From Eledone cirrhosa (lineage: Eukaryota), in NCBI GenBank assembly GCA_964016885.1, contig OZ024740.1, positions 85,684,001 through 85,748,000 on the forward strand: a DNA stretch of 64,000 bases, in the 5' to 3' direction. This document shows, piece by piece, positions 12,831 to 26,045 of the stretch. Position numbers and translations under genes: made by a program. The notes beneath the pieces are model-generated. The model made no database searches. It was not told the origin of the DNA and saw only the letters and a list, made by a program, of their open reading frames with translations. How positions within the stretch are numbered: the stretch's first letter is position 1; the number at the start of each line of letters is the position of its first letter.

Positions 12831-13059
12831 GATATAGCTAGCAACAAAGGACAAGATTCAGACTATTGGCTGTCAGTATCCCAACAACGCTGATTGCACT
12901 AAAAGTTGCCGTGCTAATGCTGCACGCGAGCTGTCAGGAAGGAATATATAATTACGTGTGAGAACCCATAGACAGACCGACAGCAAATGATCGCTTCCAC
13001 TTTTTTTCATTTCAGCTGCAATCAAGCAACCGAACTACTACCGAAACAATAAAGACTGT

Positions 13060-13320
13060 CTTTTCGCCAGAACTGCCGACATCAACATTGGTACGATGAA
13101 AGGTAAGTTTGGAGAGATTGTAAGGATTTTTGGGGAGGAGGCGAGTTAATGTGTGGTTGATGTGGGGCCTCTGTCAGACTTCCCATTGGCGAGGAGCACA
13201 GGTAAAAAATTATCTGAGTGGCTAATACGTTGCGGTGGATGGAGTAATCATATTGCTAGCAATGAAATTGGATAGAGAACGTAATTAAGCCTAGCCTAGT
13301 TATGGGTGACATAACTGCAA
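13060..13320 (+). mobile_element. RTE-like APE endonuclease N-terminal fragment
   Basis: Translates to NIGTMKGKFGEIV..RRRVNV and later GVIILLA, typical of the RTE APE start. Confidence 0.6.
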
Positions 13321-14328
13321 GAGATATTTTTTTATATGCACCACAATAACACGCACAATAACACGCACAATAACACACACACACATGAGATGTTCATTAA
13401 TAGCTCAATATTTTCTAACAAGAAAGTTCCAGTAATGAGACTAGAGGGATGTAGTCCTTCTAGAGCGTGTGGTATGTGTGATACAAGGACTATCCCGGGT
13501 GACACAAACTGATATTCACCAACAAACATAAGATACAAAGTAACTTGTATTGGGATATCCAGCTAAAGCTAGTGTCAGTGAATTTCAGGCTTTGATTGCA
13601 ATTCAGAATCGGGCGAAATTACCACTCCTCCGGATTCCAATAAAATATATTAGTTTTTCTGATACTCTGGTTATTAAATAAGATACCAATCTTGTATTGG
13701 CGTCAATTTGGTTGACTATTTCCGTCTCCTATAATTCTGTGGGTTTATATCTATATTAGAAACCATTATTAGTACTGATGAATCGACGGACACTGGGTCT
13801 TTGGATTCACTTGTGCTATATTCCTTGGCAATAAAATCTGTCAGTTCTCCCCTAAGGCGTTTTTCTTTCTTTTTGACGTTTTTTTTCTATTTTTTTTCTA
13901 TGGAATATTAAGAAGATTTTGCAAGTGAAAGGTGTCAACCGTCTCAAACAACCAACTTTATTTATATAATGTTAAAAAATTGGCTTTTTGCCAAACGAAA
14001 AGAAAGCATATATATTATTGTTACATATTTTATGGCTTTTCTACAGAATAGTTTCAACAGAAATTGGTAGTTTTGTTGCCAGCATTGAAAATAAACGAAA
14101 TACAACAAATTAGTTTTAAGATTCTATAACAAGTCATAACCCAATGATCTTCGGTTTACAGTTAGAACGACGCGGACGGACGTAATTGATATTGATGATT
14201 TCTGCTGTAGAAACTGCTGATGTTTTTCTACAAGATCTCGTTATTGTTGTTGTTGACGTTTTTTTTTGCTGGGGCTACAAAGAATATGGCTATCATAGAA
14301 ACATATTTTAGCTTCATTATATCTCTAA

Positions 14329-14525
14329 AGGGTGGTGGATTGGCAGTATCGGTAGAGGGTCAGACACCATGCTTTGGAGCATAGAGTTACGCCCCTTTAT
14401 GGTCTGAGTTCAAATCCCGCCGAGGTTAACTTTGCCTTTCATCCTTACTCGGTCGATAAAATTAAGTACCAGCAATGCCCTGGGATAATTGCTGGCCTTG
14501 TGCCCAAAGTAGAAACAATTATTAT
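14329..14525 (+). mobile_element. tRNA-derived SINE family A
   Basis: Full-length match to the 17986-18170 copy. Confidence 0.92.
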
Positions 14526-15261
14526 CTCTATCTCGTTCGCTCATCTTACCATAGCTAACTTAGGGGTTACTAAGTACCGGTTATATATGTAGCAGGTTAA
14601 AAATGGTGCACTCACCTCAAATGTTTGCGCCTGTAGTTTCCGTTAGAACCCATCTATAATATCATTCTACTTGTCACAGTGTGTGTTGGAATTATAAGGT
14701 TTCAAAGAAAAATTGCTAGTCTTTATCTCGATTGTTATTCTTATTTGTTGTAACCAGACAGGCATAGAGTAATACAGAAAAATAGGATAGAAGTAACAAG
14801 TGTTAGTGGAAGAACATAGCATCGGTCAGAGAGAGGAGAAAATAAGCCAACGTGAAACATCATGAAAATATTGAATACAACGAAGTCTTAGAATTTTTAA
14901 ATTATATTTTCTCATTTTCAAATATTTTGAGTTACATTTAAATCTGCTGAATTATGTTCAATATTTATTACATTGACACCAACACTAGTTTTTTTATCCT
15001 AATTTTTCAATAATCTAAATTCGTTGTTTTGCTCATTTTCACAAGCAAGTTACGTTGTTGCTGGGTCTGTTGTTGTTTTGGTCGATTCCTTTGTTTGGTT
15101 TCTCGTTATGTTTCTACATTTTGGTGTCGGGTGTCAAGCAAATATTTTCCTCTAACCAGCATTTTATTTTGTTTTTGCCAACATCTCCGCTTTTTGCTAT
15201 TGTTTGTACTTCAACGAGTGATCGTTTGGGAGACATAGATGCGGTCAGCATCTTTTGGAGG

Positions 15262-15575
15262 CGCGTAACTTAGTGTATGTGATTCACGATCGTAAGGCCG
15301 TTATTTCGATTCCCAGCGGTGCGTTGTGTCCTTGAGCAAAACACATTATTTTTCGCTGCTCCAGTCCACTCACCTGGCAAGAATATGTTGTACTTGTAAT
15401 TGAAAGTATTAGCCATGTCTCCCACTGTGTCACGCTGAATCTCCCTGAGAATTACGTTATGGGTGCACGTGGTCGTGGAATGGTCAGTCATTTGCACATA
15501 ACTTTCACGAGCAGGCTGTGCAGATGTTTGCACATCTGGAACATTCGTCGACGGAACTGACGGAGGTCCAACATA
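15262..15575 (+). mobile_element. tRNA-derived SINE family B (CORE-like centre)
   Basis: tRNA-like head (ttcgattccc), gttgtgtccttgagcaa.acac block like the CORE domain, 3' body shared with 20985-21310. Confidence 0.75.
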
Positions 15576-16359
15576 GATCAAGGTTCAAGTTTGTGTATTA
15601 TGGTTTACACTAGTTATGAGTATTATACCTCCAGGTTGCACAATATTACCATTATGTTTATTGAGAAAGCTGTCTTTGCCTGTGCAAATGTTGCTGCTGC
15701 TGCTAGTATTAGTAACAAATCTGCTATGACGTACCAGATTTGGTTGTGACGTCAATGTTGTTAGTCGCTATGGCAGCCACTGCAAAAGGAAAGCCGCTTT
15801 CACTAGTAGACGAGGGAGTTGCTGAGATGCCGTCGCTCTTTTCCTAGGTAAAGTTGTTAGGATTTGTGCAGCCGAATCCATATTGTCTATCCTCTTACAT
15901 AGCGAAATCTCTCCGTTGTGGTTACTTGATGTTCACACAGGCACATTCAGTCGAAAACCTCCAAGTAGTTTTGTGAGAGCATTAAATCCACGTCTCCTTT
16001 AGGCAAACGTCACAAAATCCTAATGTGTTTCTAAAATGCAAATCAAATCTTCTATTAGTTCTCTTGTCCCGGTCTAGACATAGATAGCCAACAATCTGCA
16101 GATACAGCGTTTGCTGCTGTTCACAAGTACCACTGGCGTTGTACCTGGATCAGGAAACGTTTTCTGTGCCTCAATGTCTAAGCATTTCCAAAACAACACT
16201 GCCATCAACCACTTCATTGTAACAGGCTGCATGTCGAGTATAACTCGTAGTTGTAAAAAAGTGTTCGCGTTCATGAAATTGTGGTCCCGCTACAGGCTAC
16301 CATATATATGTCTAGTGCCCTGAGGTCATTGAACAACTGATCTTTCTTTTAAGCTGAAC

Positions 16360-16890
16360 CTAGCTTACGCATATTATGATTCCCACTATAATGGCCATGT
16401 CTGTCGGAAAAATGAACCATTGGAAGGTCACAAAACTTGATCCGCTATTTTTTATGGTAGGGTTAAAGGTCCTCTTTAGAGCTGTTTTATTCTGCATTAG
16501 TAGGAAAAGTCTAATGATTCTGTGAAATTTAGATATTACAAGCGGCCGAAATGTGGTTTGCAGAAGGGTCTTTAGAATAACGCTATTCGATAGGGTGCAG
16601 AACACGGATATTCAGAGAGTCGCTCCAAGTAGAGCTGCTACTTCTCGAAATTGAGAGATCGCAGCTAAGATATGACGGAGGAAAAATTGTCTAAGGGGAG
16701 ATTCGGTGGACAGATTTTATTGGCAATCGGCAGGAAACCCAGAGGTAGAACATAAGGAAGATGGTTGGATAATCCCCATGCGGTTGGTTGGTCTCGCTTT
16801 GGAATTCAGCCGAATCAATTGGAGACAGTTGCTTCTGACAGGACCCGCTGGAAGGAATGTTTGAAGACTCTGCCACCACCATCCTCCCAA
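16360..16890 (+). mobile_element. RTE-clade LINE 3' end followed by a (GAA)n tract
   Basis: AAEMWF, DRVQNTDI, LLLEIERSQLR, GRKPRGR, WSRFGIQP, VASDRTRW: RTE C-terminal signature. Confidence 0.75.
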
Positions 16891-16998
16891 GAAGAAGAAG
16901 AAGAAGAAGAAGAAGAAAAAGAAGAAAAAGAAGAAAAAGAAGAGGAGGAGAATAAGAAAAAGAAGGAGAAAGAAAGAAGAAGAAGAAGCAGAAGAAGG

Positions 16999-17049
<51 letters not shown>

Positions 17050-17104
17050 AGAAGAAGAAGAAGAAGAAGAAGAAGAAGAAGAAGAAGAAGAAGAAGAAAA
17101 AGAA
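16890..17104. repeat. (GAA)n/(GAAA)n purine-rich tract
   Basis: Direct reading. Confidence 0.97.
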
Positions 17105-17985
17105 GTCTTTTGTGAGTTTGTATCTGTTTACATTAATAGTCTTTCAGAGGTGTGTGGGGAAACGCGGCGTCGAAATACGCCATCTTTTCTATATATTTTA
17201 TCATTGTTATATATTGTATTATAACCTCCTCAATCAACTCATTGTTGCTCTTCAGAAAAATAGAAAATAAAAAAAAAACACTGAAGTTGATAAAGGAGAG
17301 TTGTGTTTGTATGCTTTGCTGTTGGTTTTGTTGTTTCTGTTTTACTTTTTGTGGTTGTGGTTGTGGTATTGTTTATGTTGTTGTTGGTGATGTTTGTGAC
17401 ACTGTGTGTGCGTGGTGGGTCAAGGAAGACTGCTCCGTAACGTGGAACATTCCAGTGTTCACCTTGGGTGCCTATATCTTTCTATTAACTCCTCTCTCGT
17501 ACACAGGTTATTTGTCATTATAATTGGCAACAACTTCGTCACTCGACAAAGTTTCAGATTTAAAAATATTTAAAGCTGTAAGAGTAGAGAGGTATGTCTG
17601 CTTCTGTGTGTATATTAATCTCTGTGATTAGTTAGCTGGGGAGGCCACTGCTTGGTGGGTTTCATTTTGAGGGCTTTTTGTAATGGTGTTTTTTGTTACT
17701 GTTGTTGTTGCTCTAGTTGTTGTTCCTGCTCGGCTTCTTTGACTGAGGTTTTTGTTGTTGTTGCTACTACTTCCTTTTCCTGCTATTGCTGCTGCTTTTG
17801 TTATTGCTTTCTTTTTCTATTGCTGCTGGAGCTGGTGGTGTTGTAGTTCTTATGTTGTTGAAGTTCTTGCTAACTTTATCTAAATTCACATGCATCGTAA
17901 TCCTTAGTTTATAATGAGTAATGCATTGTATTGTATGTGCGAGCGTTGTTGGCCAATAAAATAATCCATTATCTATATTACTAAA

Positions 17986-18170
17986 GGGCGGTGGATTGGC
18001 AGTATCGGTAGAGGGTCGGACGCCATGCTTTCCAGCATGGTTACGTCCCTTTACGATCTGAGTTCAAATCCCGCCGAGGTTGACTTTGCCTTTCATCCTT
18101 ACGGGGTCGATAAAATAAAGTACCAGTAATGCACTGGGTAATTGCTGGCCTTGTGCCTAAAGTAGAAACA
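17986..18170 (+). mobile_element. tRNA-derived SINE family A with 18-bp TSD
   Basis: attatctatattactaaa at 17968-17985 and 18171-18188. Confidence 0.95.
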
Positions 18171-18507
18171 ATTATCTATATTACTAAAACAGAGAATGTC
18201 TGTTTGTCTGTTTTTCTGTCCAATCACTAAAACTCGAGAACCACCCAACCGAGCTTCTTCAAACTTTACTTATGGTCCCGTGCATGTTGTGAGCAAAATA
18301 AATTTCAAATTTTCCATGCCTTAGGCACTTCATTAGGCGATTTAGCGATCTCTGTCTATAATTCTTAGTCTTTCTCTTTTTAGATAGATACATAGATATA
18401 ACGTCGCGCCCTTATAATATCTGTCTATATGCCTGACTGTCTGCATTACGTCATTATGACGCGATCAGTGTGTGTATGTGTGTATATGTATATATAGTGT
18501 GTGTATA

Positions 18508-18783
18508 CCAGAGAGTGGTCATGGAGCGTCGGTGCCGACTGCCTGGCCATATTCTGCGCCTGCCAAATGAACGGCATTCGAAAACATCGATGAACTGGAC
18601 TCCGCCTGGCGGTAAACGGAGGCGGGGTTGCCAAAGGATCACCTGGCGACGAACGTTCCGGAAGGATCTGATGGCAGCCAACATCACCTGGCACGGTCTC
18701 GAAAAGGTTGCCGCTGATCGTGACCGTTGGCGAGTACTTACTGCTCGATGCGCCGAACGGCGCGGAAGAATCTAAGACTAAGA
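18508..18783 (+). mobile_element. RTE-type LINE 3' fragment
   Basis: GHILRLPNERHSKTSMNWTPPGGKRRRG..ITWRRTF...AADRDRWR, ending in a ctaaga repeat. Confidence 0.8.
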
Positions 18784-18964
18784 TATATATATATATATTC
18801 TTATGCCAGAGAACGTCTTCACGAACCAAAGTATCGTGTTCCTGTTTTCGTTCGGCTGCAACGTTTTTCGAAATATTTACATCTGCATTCACAGATTGAT
18901 TTTTTTAGTTTCAGAAGATCCTGTTAAGGTTGAAGCAGCGATTCTTTGCTTAAACTTTAATATG

Positions 18965-19053
<89 letters not shown>

Positions 19054-19595
19054 CATACACAAAAACAAAATATAAACAATCAAGGCCAACGATTACATAC
19101 GATGCATACACAAGAACAAAATATAAACAAACAAGGCCGGCGATTACATAATCACATCCATACTGACAGATATTTTTGCATATACAAAAAATATATAAAC
19201 AAAGAAGGCCAACTGCATACGATTACATTAGTTAGTCTTAGTGTACTTCATACTGCTTTTAGGTAGAAGATCCCGTTAAGGGTGAAAGCAGCGATTCTTT
19301 GCTTAAACTTTAAGTCAACAGTTCGGATATCACATGCATCACTGACGAGTTTACTCCTTACTCTACCAGTTAGTCTTAGTGTACTTCATACTGCTTTTAG
19401 ATCATGCCTCGTAGGAAGAGATACTCCATTGGCCGAAATACTGCCATAGTGGCAAGAGAAAGAACAAGGCGAGCAAACGAATCGTTAGTGGAATCTGCTA
19501 TTCGACTGTCGCAAGATGCAGAACGTACTACCACCAGAAGAGCACTTGAAGCATACAAACAACGAACCATTCGCCGAACGGCTGATTTTTATTTT

Positions 19596-19646
19596 AGTAT
19601 CAGAAGATCCCGTTAAGGGTGAAAGCAGCGATTCTTTGCTTAAACT
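19596..19646 (+). ncRNA. Hammerhead-like motif with variant core CAGAAGA (other copies 18907-18956, 19264-19309, 58105-58155)
   Basis: CAGAAGA-t-ccc-gttaa-ggg-t-GAAA-gcag-cgattct-ttgc-TT flanked by agt(a/t)t and aaact. Confidence 0.5.
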
Positions 19647-19654
19647 TTAATCTG

Positions 19655-19740
<86 letters not shown>

Positions 19741-20356
19741 TCGTGTCCAGATATTTTGAATACACAATAACAAAATATAAACAAAAGTATTTATTTCGCG
19801 ATAAAGTATTGATTTTCTTCGTACGGACAAAAACCCTGCTAATCTATGACGATTTTTTTTTATAAGCACAAAATGTAGACACTATCCCGAGGCCGAGGTA
19901 TTCCGTACTTCTCTGTACTGTTATATATATATATATATATATATAATTATATATTCGTGTACAGATATTTTTGCATACACAATAACCAAATATAAACAAA
20001 CGGATTTATTTCATGAGGCTCGATAAGGATAAATATATATCAAATATATAAGAACCCTAGAGCAAATCCCGAGCAACGCCGGGCCATTCTGCTAGTTATT
20101 ACTAAAACAAGGTGCCTCTTCTTCACAGGCTCCTCACCCCCACCCTTCCTACACATTTCTACCTTTAATTACCTTTAACAATTGTAGATTCTTTAACTTG
20201 CAATAAACTATAAACATGATACAAGTTATCTCTCTTTTCCTCTCAACTTAAAAAAGGAGTTTCATCCCCTTTACACTCTTCAGTCCTATATACATATAAG
20301 TGTGACGGACAGAGAGATGAAGGATCAGCTCTTCTTTTATAAAATATATTATTATT

Positions 20357-20575
20357 AGGTGGATTGGAAATATCGGTAGAGCGTCGGACACCATGCTTTG
20401 CAGCATAGAGTTATGGTCCTTTACGTTCTGAGTTCAAATTCCGCCGAGGTTAACTTTGCCTTTCATCCTTACGGGGTCGATAAAATGAAGTACTAGTAAT
20501 GCACTGGAGATCAATTTAATCGACTTTCCCCTCCCCCATAATTGTTGGCCTTGTGCCTAAATCAGAAACCATCAT
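20357..20575 (+). mobile_element. tRNA-derived SINE family A (longer 3' variant)
   Basis: Matches family A; carries an extra gatcaatttaatcgactttcccct segment. Confidence 0.9.
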
Positions 20576-20984
20576 TATTGTTATTAGAGTATGAAAAATT
20601 CACTTAAGGTTTCTGCTTTTAGCTCTGTTTTTATAGACTAAACATTTACTTTAAATTCGTTAGGTGCACTCTAAGTGACACCGTCGTATCGATCAGTTGA
20701 ATTACAGCCCAGTAGAGCCAAAAAGAAAGATTAAGGCAGTAATTTGCGTTCTAGTTTGAAACTTAATTGAGCATATGTTACTTCTTGCAACAGCTAAACG
20801 TAACTGTTATTTCATCGTAACTAGTACTGTAATTACTACTTCGCTGCCATTTGAAACAAAGTAACATCTTTAAAAAAAGTTTAACCTATGTTTATTTCAA
20901 TGTCGAATGTATTGAACAAAAAGGTGGAAAAGGCTGAAAACATTCTATTTATTTTCTTAGATATTACTAAATGATAGTAAAGGT

Positions 20985-21310
20985 GCTTGGTTTAGTTGTT
21001 AGGGCGTTTGGTTTGCGATCGTAAGGACTTGTGTTCGATTCCAGGCAATGCGTTGTCTCTTTGAGGAACACAATTTATTTCCCGTTGCTCACGTTTATTT
21101 ATCTGGTAAAAATAAGATGTACCTGTAGTTCTTAGCCTTGTCACAAACCATGTCACAAACCATAACACGTTGCATCTCCCTGAGAAATTCGTTGTGTACA
21201 TGAATCCGTGGATTGCTGCTCACTTGCCTGTTAATTTCAAGAGCATGTTGTCCTGCTATTCGAACAACTAGAACACTCCCCGTAGTGACCGACGGAGATC
21301 CAACAATAAC
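20985..21310 (+). mobile_element. tRNA-derived SINE family B
   Basis: gttcgattcc B box; body matches 15262-15575. Confidence 0.7.
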
Positions 21311-22992
21311 AACACTAGATGATATGTACCGTGTACAGTAGTGGATAACTAAACAATTGACAAACTGAACTGGTAACTCGGTCTTGATTTTTATAGTCAC
21401 TCTTGAGAAAGATATGGGCAGTAAAAGATCTCAGTTGCTGTGATTATGTAAGAAAGTAATAAATACATATATTTTACATTCACATAGTTTTTGCTCTGTG
21501 AGTTAAAATCCCGCCAAGGTCAACTTTGCCTTTCATCCATTTGAGGTCAATAAAAAGTACCAATCTCTGTATCTCTGTATCTCTTTCTCACTCCCATTCT
21601 CTTACTCTCAATTCTTCTGTGGAGATATCTACTGTATTTAGATGGGGAGAAGAGATAGGCTCAACCGAGCTGTATAATGCCCAAGAAACTCCGTATGTCA
21701 ATATGGCGCCCATACGACTCCGTCGAGAGGTACGGTACTATGCATGCCATGTATAATCTAGTTGCTTTTTTTAAAGAGACATTCATGTATTTCACAATGT
21801 TATTTGCACCATAGCTGAAATAGTTCTATTTAGGAATCAAACTAGGTTCGCATATTCCAAGAGAATAACCGAATGAATGAATATGTGTTATTTATAGATC
21901 ACTACAACTGCCTTAAGTCAAAATGAATTGACAGTCGCATAAATGAAAACCCAATATATTAAAGTTCGATGTGTTTAAACAAAAAGGTGACTGATAGAAA
22001 TTATTCTTGAAGCAGAGCAGCAAATATCACAGAGTAACAAGTACTTGATGTGACGTTTGAATATATTAGTAAAGTTGCAAACGTAGAAAAGTTTTCTATG
22101 CCGTGGGGAGACAAGAATGCTGACATTTCAAGAAATGGTCTTCATTGGAGAGAGAACATTTAAATTACATGAAAATTTTCTCTCTTCGACGAAGACCTTT
22201 GCTCGTGACGTCAGAATTTTCGTTTCCCCATGGCATACAAACTTATCAAAACTTACAGACTTTGTTAAATAATTATTGTCGACGCAATCCACCATTGCTT
22301 TCCTGGGACTCTTGTTTATATTTAAATACCAATGTGTCATATGACAGGAAATATTTGGTATATACGCTTTCCCCTATGGGTAATACCAGGTAATGTTACA
22401 CAGGTACAATAATAACAAATTTACGTTTTCCAAAGTTCATGGTGCTTATACAAAATAATGAAATGAATGATAATTTTCAATGAATACATATTTTATACAG
22501 AAGCAGTAGAAAATTTAACTGAAGCTGCGCAAATGTGTAAATAAATACATGCATGTCTTTTTTACGTATTTTTCTGCAAGCCGACATAGCGTAACAATCA
22601 GACTCAACTTTCGACTCTAGTTGGGGTTATCACCAAAGATCATGTACGCTATATTTTGACGGCAGAAAAACAACCAATTTATGATTTTATAGGCTCGCCT
22701 TCCAATATGGAAGTATCAATGAATTCTAAAATTCAACTTGCATGATATTAGTGTATTATGTTGTGTTCCTTTACAGAAACAAAACACGATTAAACCGTAG
22801 TTGCGTAAATCTGTAAATATACACACTGACATATATAGACATCGTTTTTATGTATTTATCTAGCTGGAGTTATCCTCTGACGATGATTTCAGCTAGAGTG
22901 GAAAACAGTGTCAAGACTACACTTTTTCGGTCTGCTAAGAAATACGCAAAAGACGCTTACACTTACATATGATAACGTATTTACATTATACA

Positions 22993-23242
22993 CTAGCAAA
23001 AAAGCCTGTCGTTGCCGGACACACCTTTCTTCACTGTAAATAAAGACCCCCTCTCTCCTCAACATAGCCGTCTATAAATAACACCAGAACTCTGCTATTT
23101 TAGGGGAAAGCAAGATCTAAACTGCATGTTGACATGCTCCGAGAGCTAAATAACATATGTATCAAATTGGAACAAAATCGGAGGGAAACTGTGGAAATGC
23201 ATCACCTGCATGCAGACAGACATATATTTTTGTTTTTATATA
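22993..23242 (-). mobile_element. Short non-autonomous Helitron, minus strand
   Basis: a|ctag at 22992-22996 with adjacent cctgtcgttgccgg (3' hairpin equivalent); cagacagaca..ttttatatat at the other end. Confidence 0.6.
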
Positions 23243-23761
23243 TCTAAACTATAATAAAGGAAGGTCTGCGGGACTGCGTCCGGTTTATTCTTTTTATCCC
23301 GTTAGTAAAATAAGTTGGATTACTTTGAATAAATAATGAATGAATATTACATAATTTATCTACTAAATTTCGTAAACAAAAATTGACTTCTTTTCAAAGT
23401 TGCACTTCCGGTATATCGTTGCCACCACCACCACTTCAACTAACATATATATATAGAAAGAGAGAGTGTGTGATGTCAACACTTCCGGTGGCGATCACTT
23501 AAATAAACATATTAATTTTCTGTCACTAATTTTCTCCTAATGCAGTTTATACATAATAACGTCTTTTTTAAATGTATCATGGATTACGTTACTGATTAAA
23601 TAAGACAGTGTAACAATGTCTTTGTTCAATTTCTGTTTATATTGTCAATTACGATTTTATTTGATGTATCATATCTACATGTATATATACTTGCGTATAA
23701 TATCAATATACACACTACACATGCTAGCAGAAAACCACTCGAAGGGTGGTTTTTCTGCTAG
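23243..23761 (+). mobile_element. Non-autonomous Helitron family H2
   Basis: A|TC start; terminal hairpin ctagcagaaaaccac...gtggtttttctgctag|T; second copy at about 57055-57491. Confidence 0.75.
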
Positions 23762-24019
23762 TATAGATAATGAATCAATGAGCAGGTCTCTACATGGTGT
23801 CTCAATTCGCAAGAAATAACTGATAAATTTGTTGTTGTTTATTTATTCCAATTATCATATATGTCAACGTTTTAAAAAGAGGATCGACAGTCGTTAGATA
23901 CTGCTGATGTAGATACGGGATGGATACACGTTAGATAATACATATGTAGATACGGGATGTAAACGGTTTTGATCAAAATCTTGCTTTATCTGGATTGGAG
24001 ATGAAGTTGAAGAGCAACA

Positions 24020-24215
24020 CCAACGGCATTTCTTAACTATTGTGTAGAAGTGGAGACTTCCGGCGTTCTTGGCCCCCAGACTGCATACCTGCTTACTGCT
24101 ATCGAAGTGGAGTTGGCTGCCTGCAGGTGCGAGCCCTGCGGCGAAATGTAGTGGCTGTTTTAGTGTGTCTTCCCCCACCATCATCCGGGGCAATGTCTTT
24201 TCAATCCTGACGACC
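24020..24215 (+). mobile_element. CRE-like (RLE) non-LTR element, C-terminal fragment
   Basis: VETSGVLGPQTAYLL...WLF...IIRGNVFSIL; homologous to 60540-60750. Confidence 0.65.
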
Positions 24216-25459
24216 GAGACCAAGAGGCGGTCGACATATTAGGGTGGTTCGCTACGGGGTGTTTCTTCTTTTAACCATTCAACTGTTCTATATATTAGCA
24301 TCGTTATTACAGCAGCATTAGTAACTTCCATCGTATTTTTGACTCAAAAATTATCTAATAAGATAAGAATTGCATATTAAGAGTAAGTTTTTGGCAAGTT
24401 AAGTGCATGAATCAAAATCGTATATTTATCGTATAGAAGAAACTGTATTGTTAGGAATATAAGTGCGGCATAAGCATATACAAAAAGACAGTGTTTGGTG
24501 ATACATCAGTGCAATTATTATATATCTGTACTGTAATGATATCCTTATGATGCCTGAGTATAGTTTAGCTTCTTCATTTATTAATTAAATATTCTGTCAC
24601 CTGTGTAAAGAATGTTAAATGAAAGGCTACTGGTATCCATTGAGAAAAACAAATGTTACATCTTCCAATGTTCATTCTCGTAAAGACTCCAAGCATTATT
24701 TATTGCTTCTATTGTACGAAGTAATTTATTTATAACAGTTGTAGAGATGGAAGCCTCATTTGGTATAAACAATCACATAATATTTCATCTTCACCGTTTG
24801 ATGTTAGTAAAAGCTATATTTATGGCAAGTTTCTCTCTGTCTTTATCTTGAACTTGATATCTCTCTCGTTCTCCCCCTTTCTCTCTCTTTCCAAATAACT
24901 ATCAATCTATCTATCTATCATCTATCTCTCTCCAGTCAGCGAAATGAAAAATTTATGGTTATAGAAGATTTCTTTAAACATCGCTAATTCTATATACTCC
25001 TCACCCTGAGAAATAATCAAATGAACAGTTATAAATTTATAGAAAGAATATCTTGAGCATTATCTCTGTATAGAGTAATCCCGCGAAAATACCAAATATA
25101 CTTAAAAGCTTGATGGATATTGGAAGGTGGATTTGCTGCGAATAGTCTAACGGGGGATTTGGGAAAGCATCAAATTAATCTGGGCTGAGAGCCAACGCTG
25201 GCAATATCAACTGTGATATCAATGTTTTGATAAATATCTAAGCTAGGAAGATCTTTAAATAAGTTTATTTACATTTTGTACATGTTGTTTTTATGTGTAA
25301 TTACATGTAGCTGTCTTGAACATCTTCAAAATGATCGTTCGGTATTTTAAGTATGGTTATTTTTTTCTCTTTCTCATCCCCCTCTCTCTCTCTGATGATA
25401 TATATTCACATACATAATTAAATATACATGTATGTGTGTACATATGTGTGTGTATGAGT

Positions 25460-25695
25460 GAAGGCGCATGGCGCATTGGGCTTGCAATCGAAAGGTTGTG
25501 AGTTCAATTCTTGGACCGGGTGATGTGTTGTTTCAAGACACTTTATTTTCCGTTGCTCCAGTTTACTCAGCTGTAGAAATAAGTACCGGCCTGCCCGCCC
25601 AACCAGTGGGATGGCGTTATCTTATGGCTAAAACAACACGACGTGCTGTGACCAGCGGCGCCGATTGGCGCCCGACAAACTGGTCGGTCAAGGTG

Positions 25696-25697
<2 letters not shown>
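25460..25697 (+). mobile_element. tRNA-derived SINE family B-related copy
   Basis: gaaggcgcatggc head, gagttcaattc B box, caagacactttatttt..gttgctccagtt.actcagctg. Confidence 0.75.
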
Positions 25698-25726
<29 letters not shown>

Positions 25727-25734
25727 TATATATT

Positions 25735-26045
25735 TTTAAAGTCGTTTGGAAATCTCGACAATGCAGATGGGTAAATCTCCGGGTAACAAGATCCGGTGGT
25801 GGAGAGAGAGATGTAAGTGGGTGTACGTTGAGATGCGTGGCGTGTATAAGACTGTAACGTGTAGAAGAATGAAGGAAAGAGCGTAAAGGATAAAAATAAA
25901 AATAACAACACGAGATAGAGTTACCTTGGGAGAGATTTTGTTACCCGGAGATTTACCCATCTGCATTGTCGAGGCTTCCAAATGACTTAAAGAAATTTAC
26001 CTTATTATTCCACAATGCTTCAAGCAAATTTCAATACTCTCTTAA
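25735..26045. mobile_element. Foldback element in (TA)n with ~55-bp inverted arms
   Basis: ctcgacaatgcagatgggtaaatctccgggtaacaa (about 25754-25789) and its reverse complement (about 25938-25973), extendable with mismatches. Confidence 0.75.

Larger units (their letters stand above)
17972..20095 (+). mobile_element. Non-autonomous Helitron (family H1) with nested SINE, RTE fragment and microsatellite-bound modules
   Basis: A|TC start, cccg-agcaacgc-cggg hairpin then CTAG|T at 20092-20096; homologous to 57492-59422; MPRRKRYSIGRNT... (19404) resembles RepHel N-termini. Confidence 0.8.

Noticed and set aside
15700-16330. Higher-complexity segment with short ORFs
   Set aside because: No motif recognised in the frames examined; could be an old repeat; needs a BLASTX search.
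17150-17850. Possible minus-strand Tx1 ORF1 remnant
   Set aside because: Only compositional similarity; no alignable motif found.
22145-22393. 82-aa ORF ending near a cag|gtaatg donor-like site
   Set aside because: No recognisable domain, no clear acceptor and no partner exons; needs RNA-seq.
22872-22918. CTGACGA...GAAA...TC hammerhead-like string
   Set aside because: Stems I and II pair poorly.
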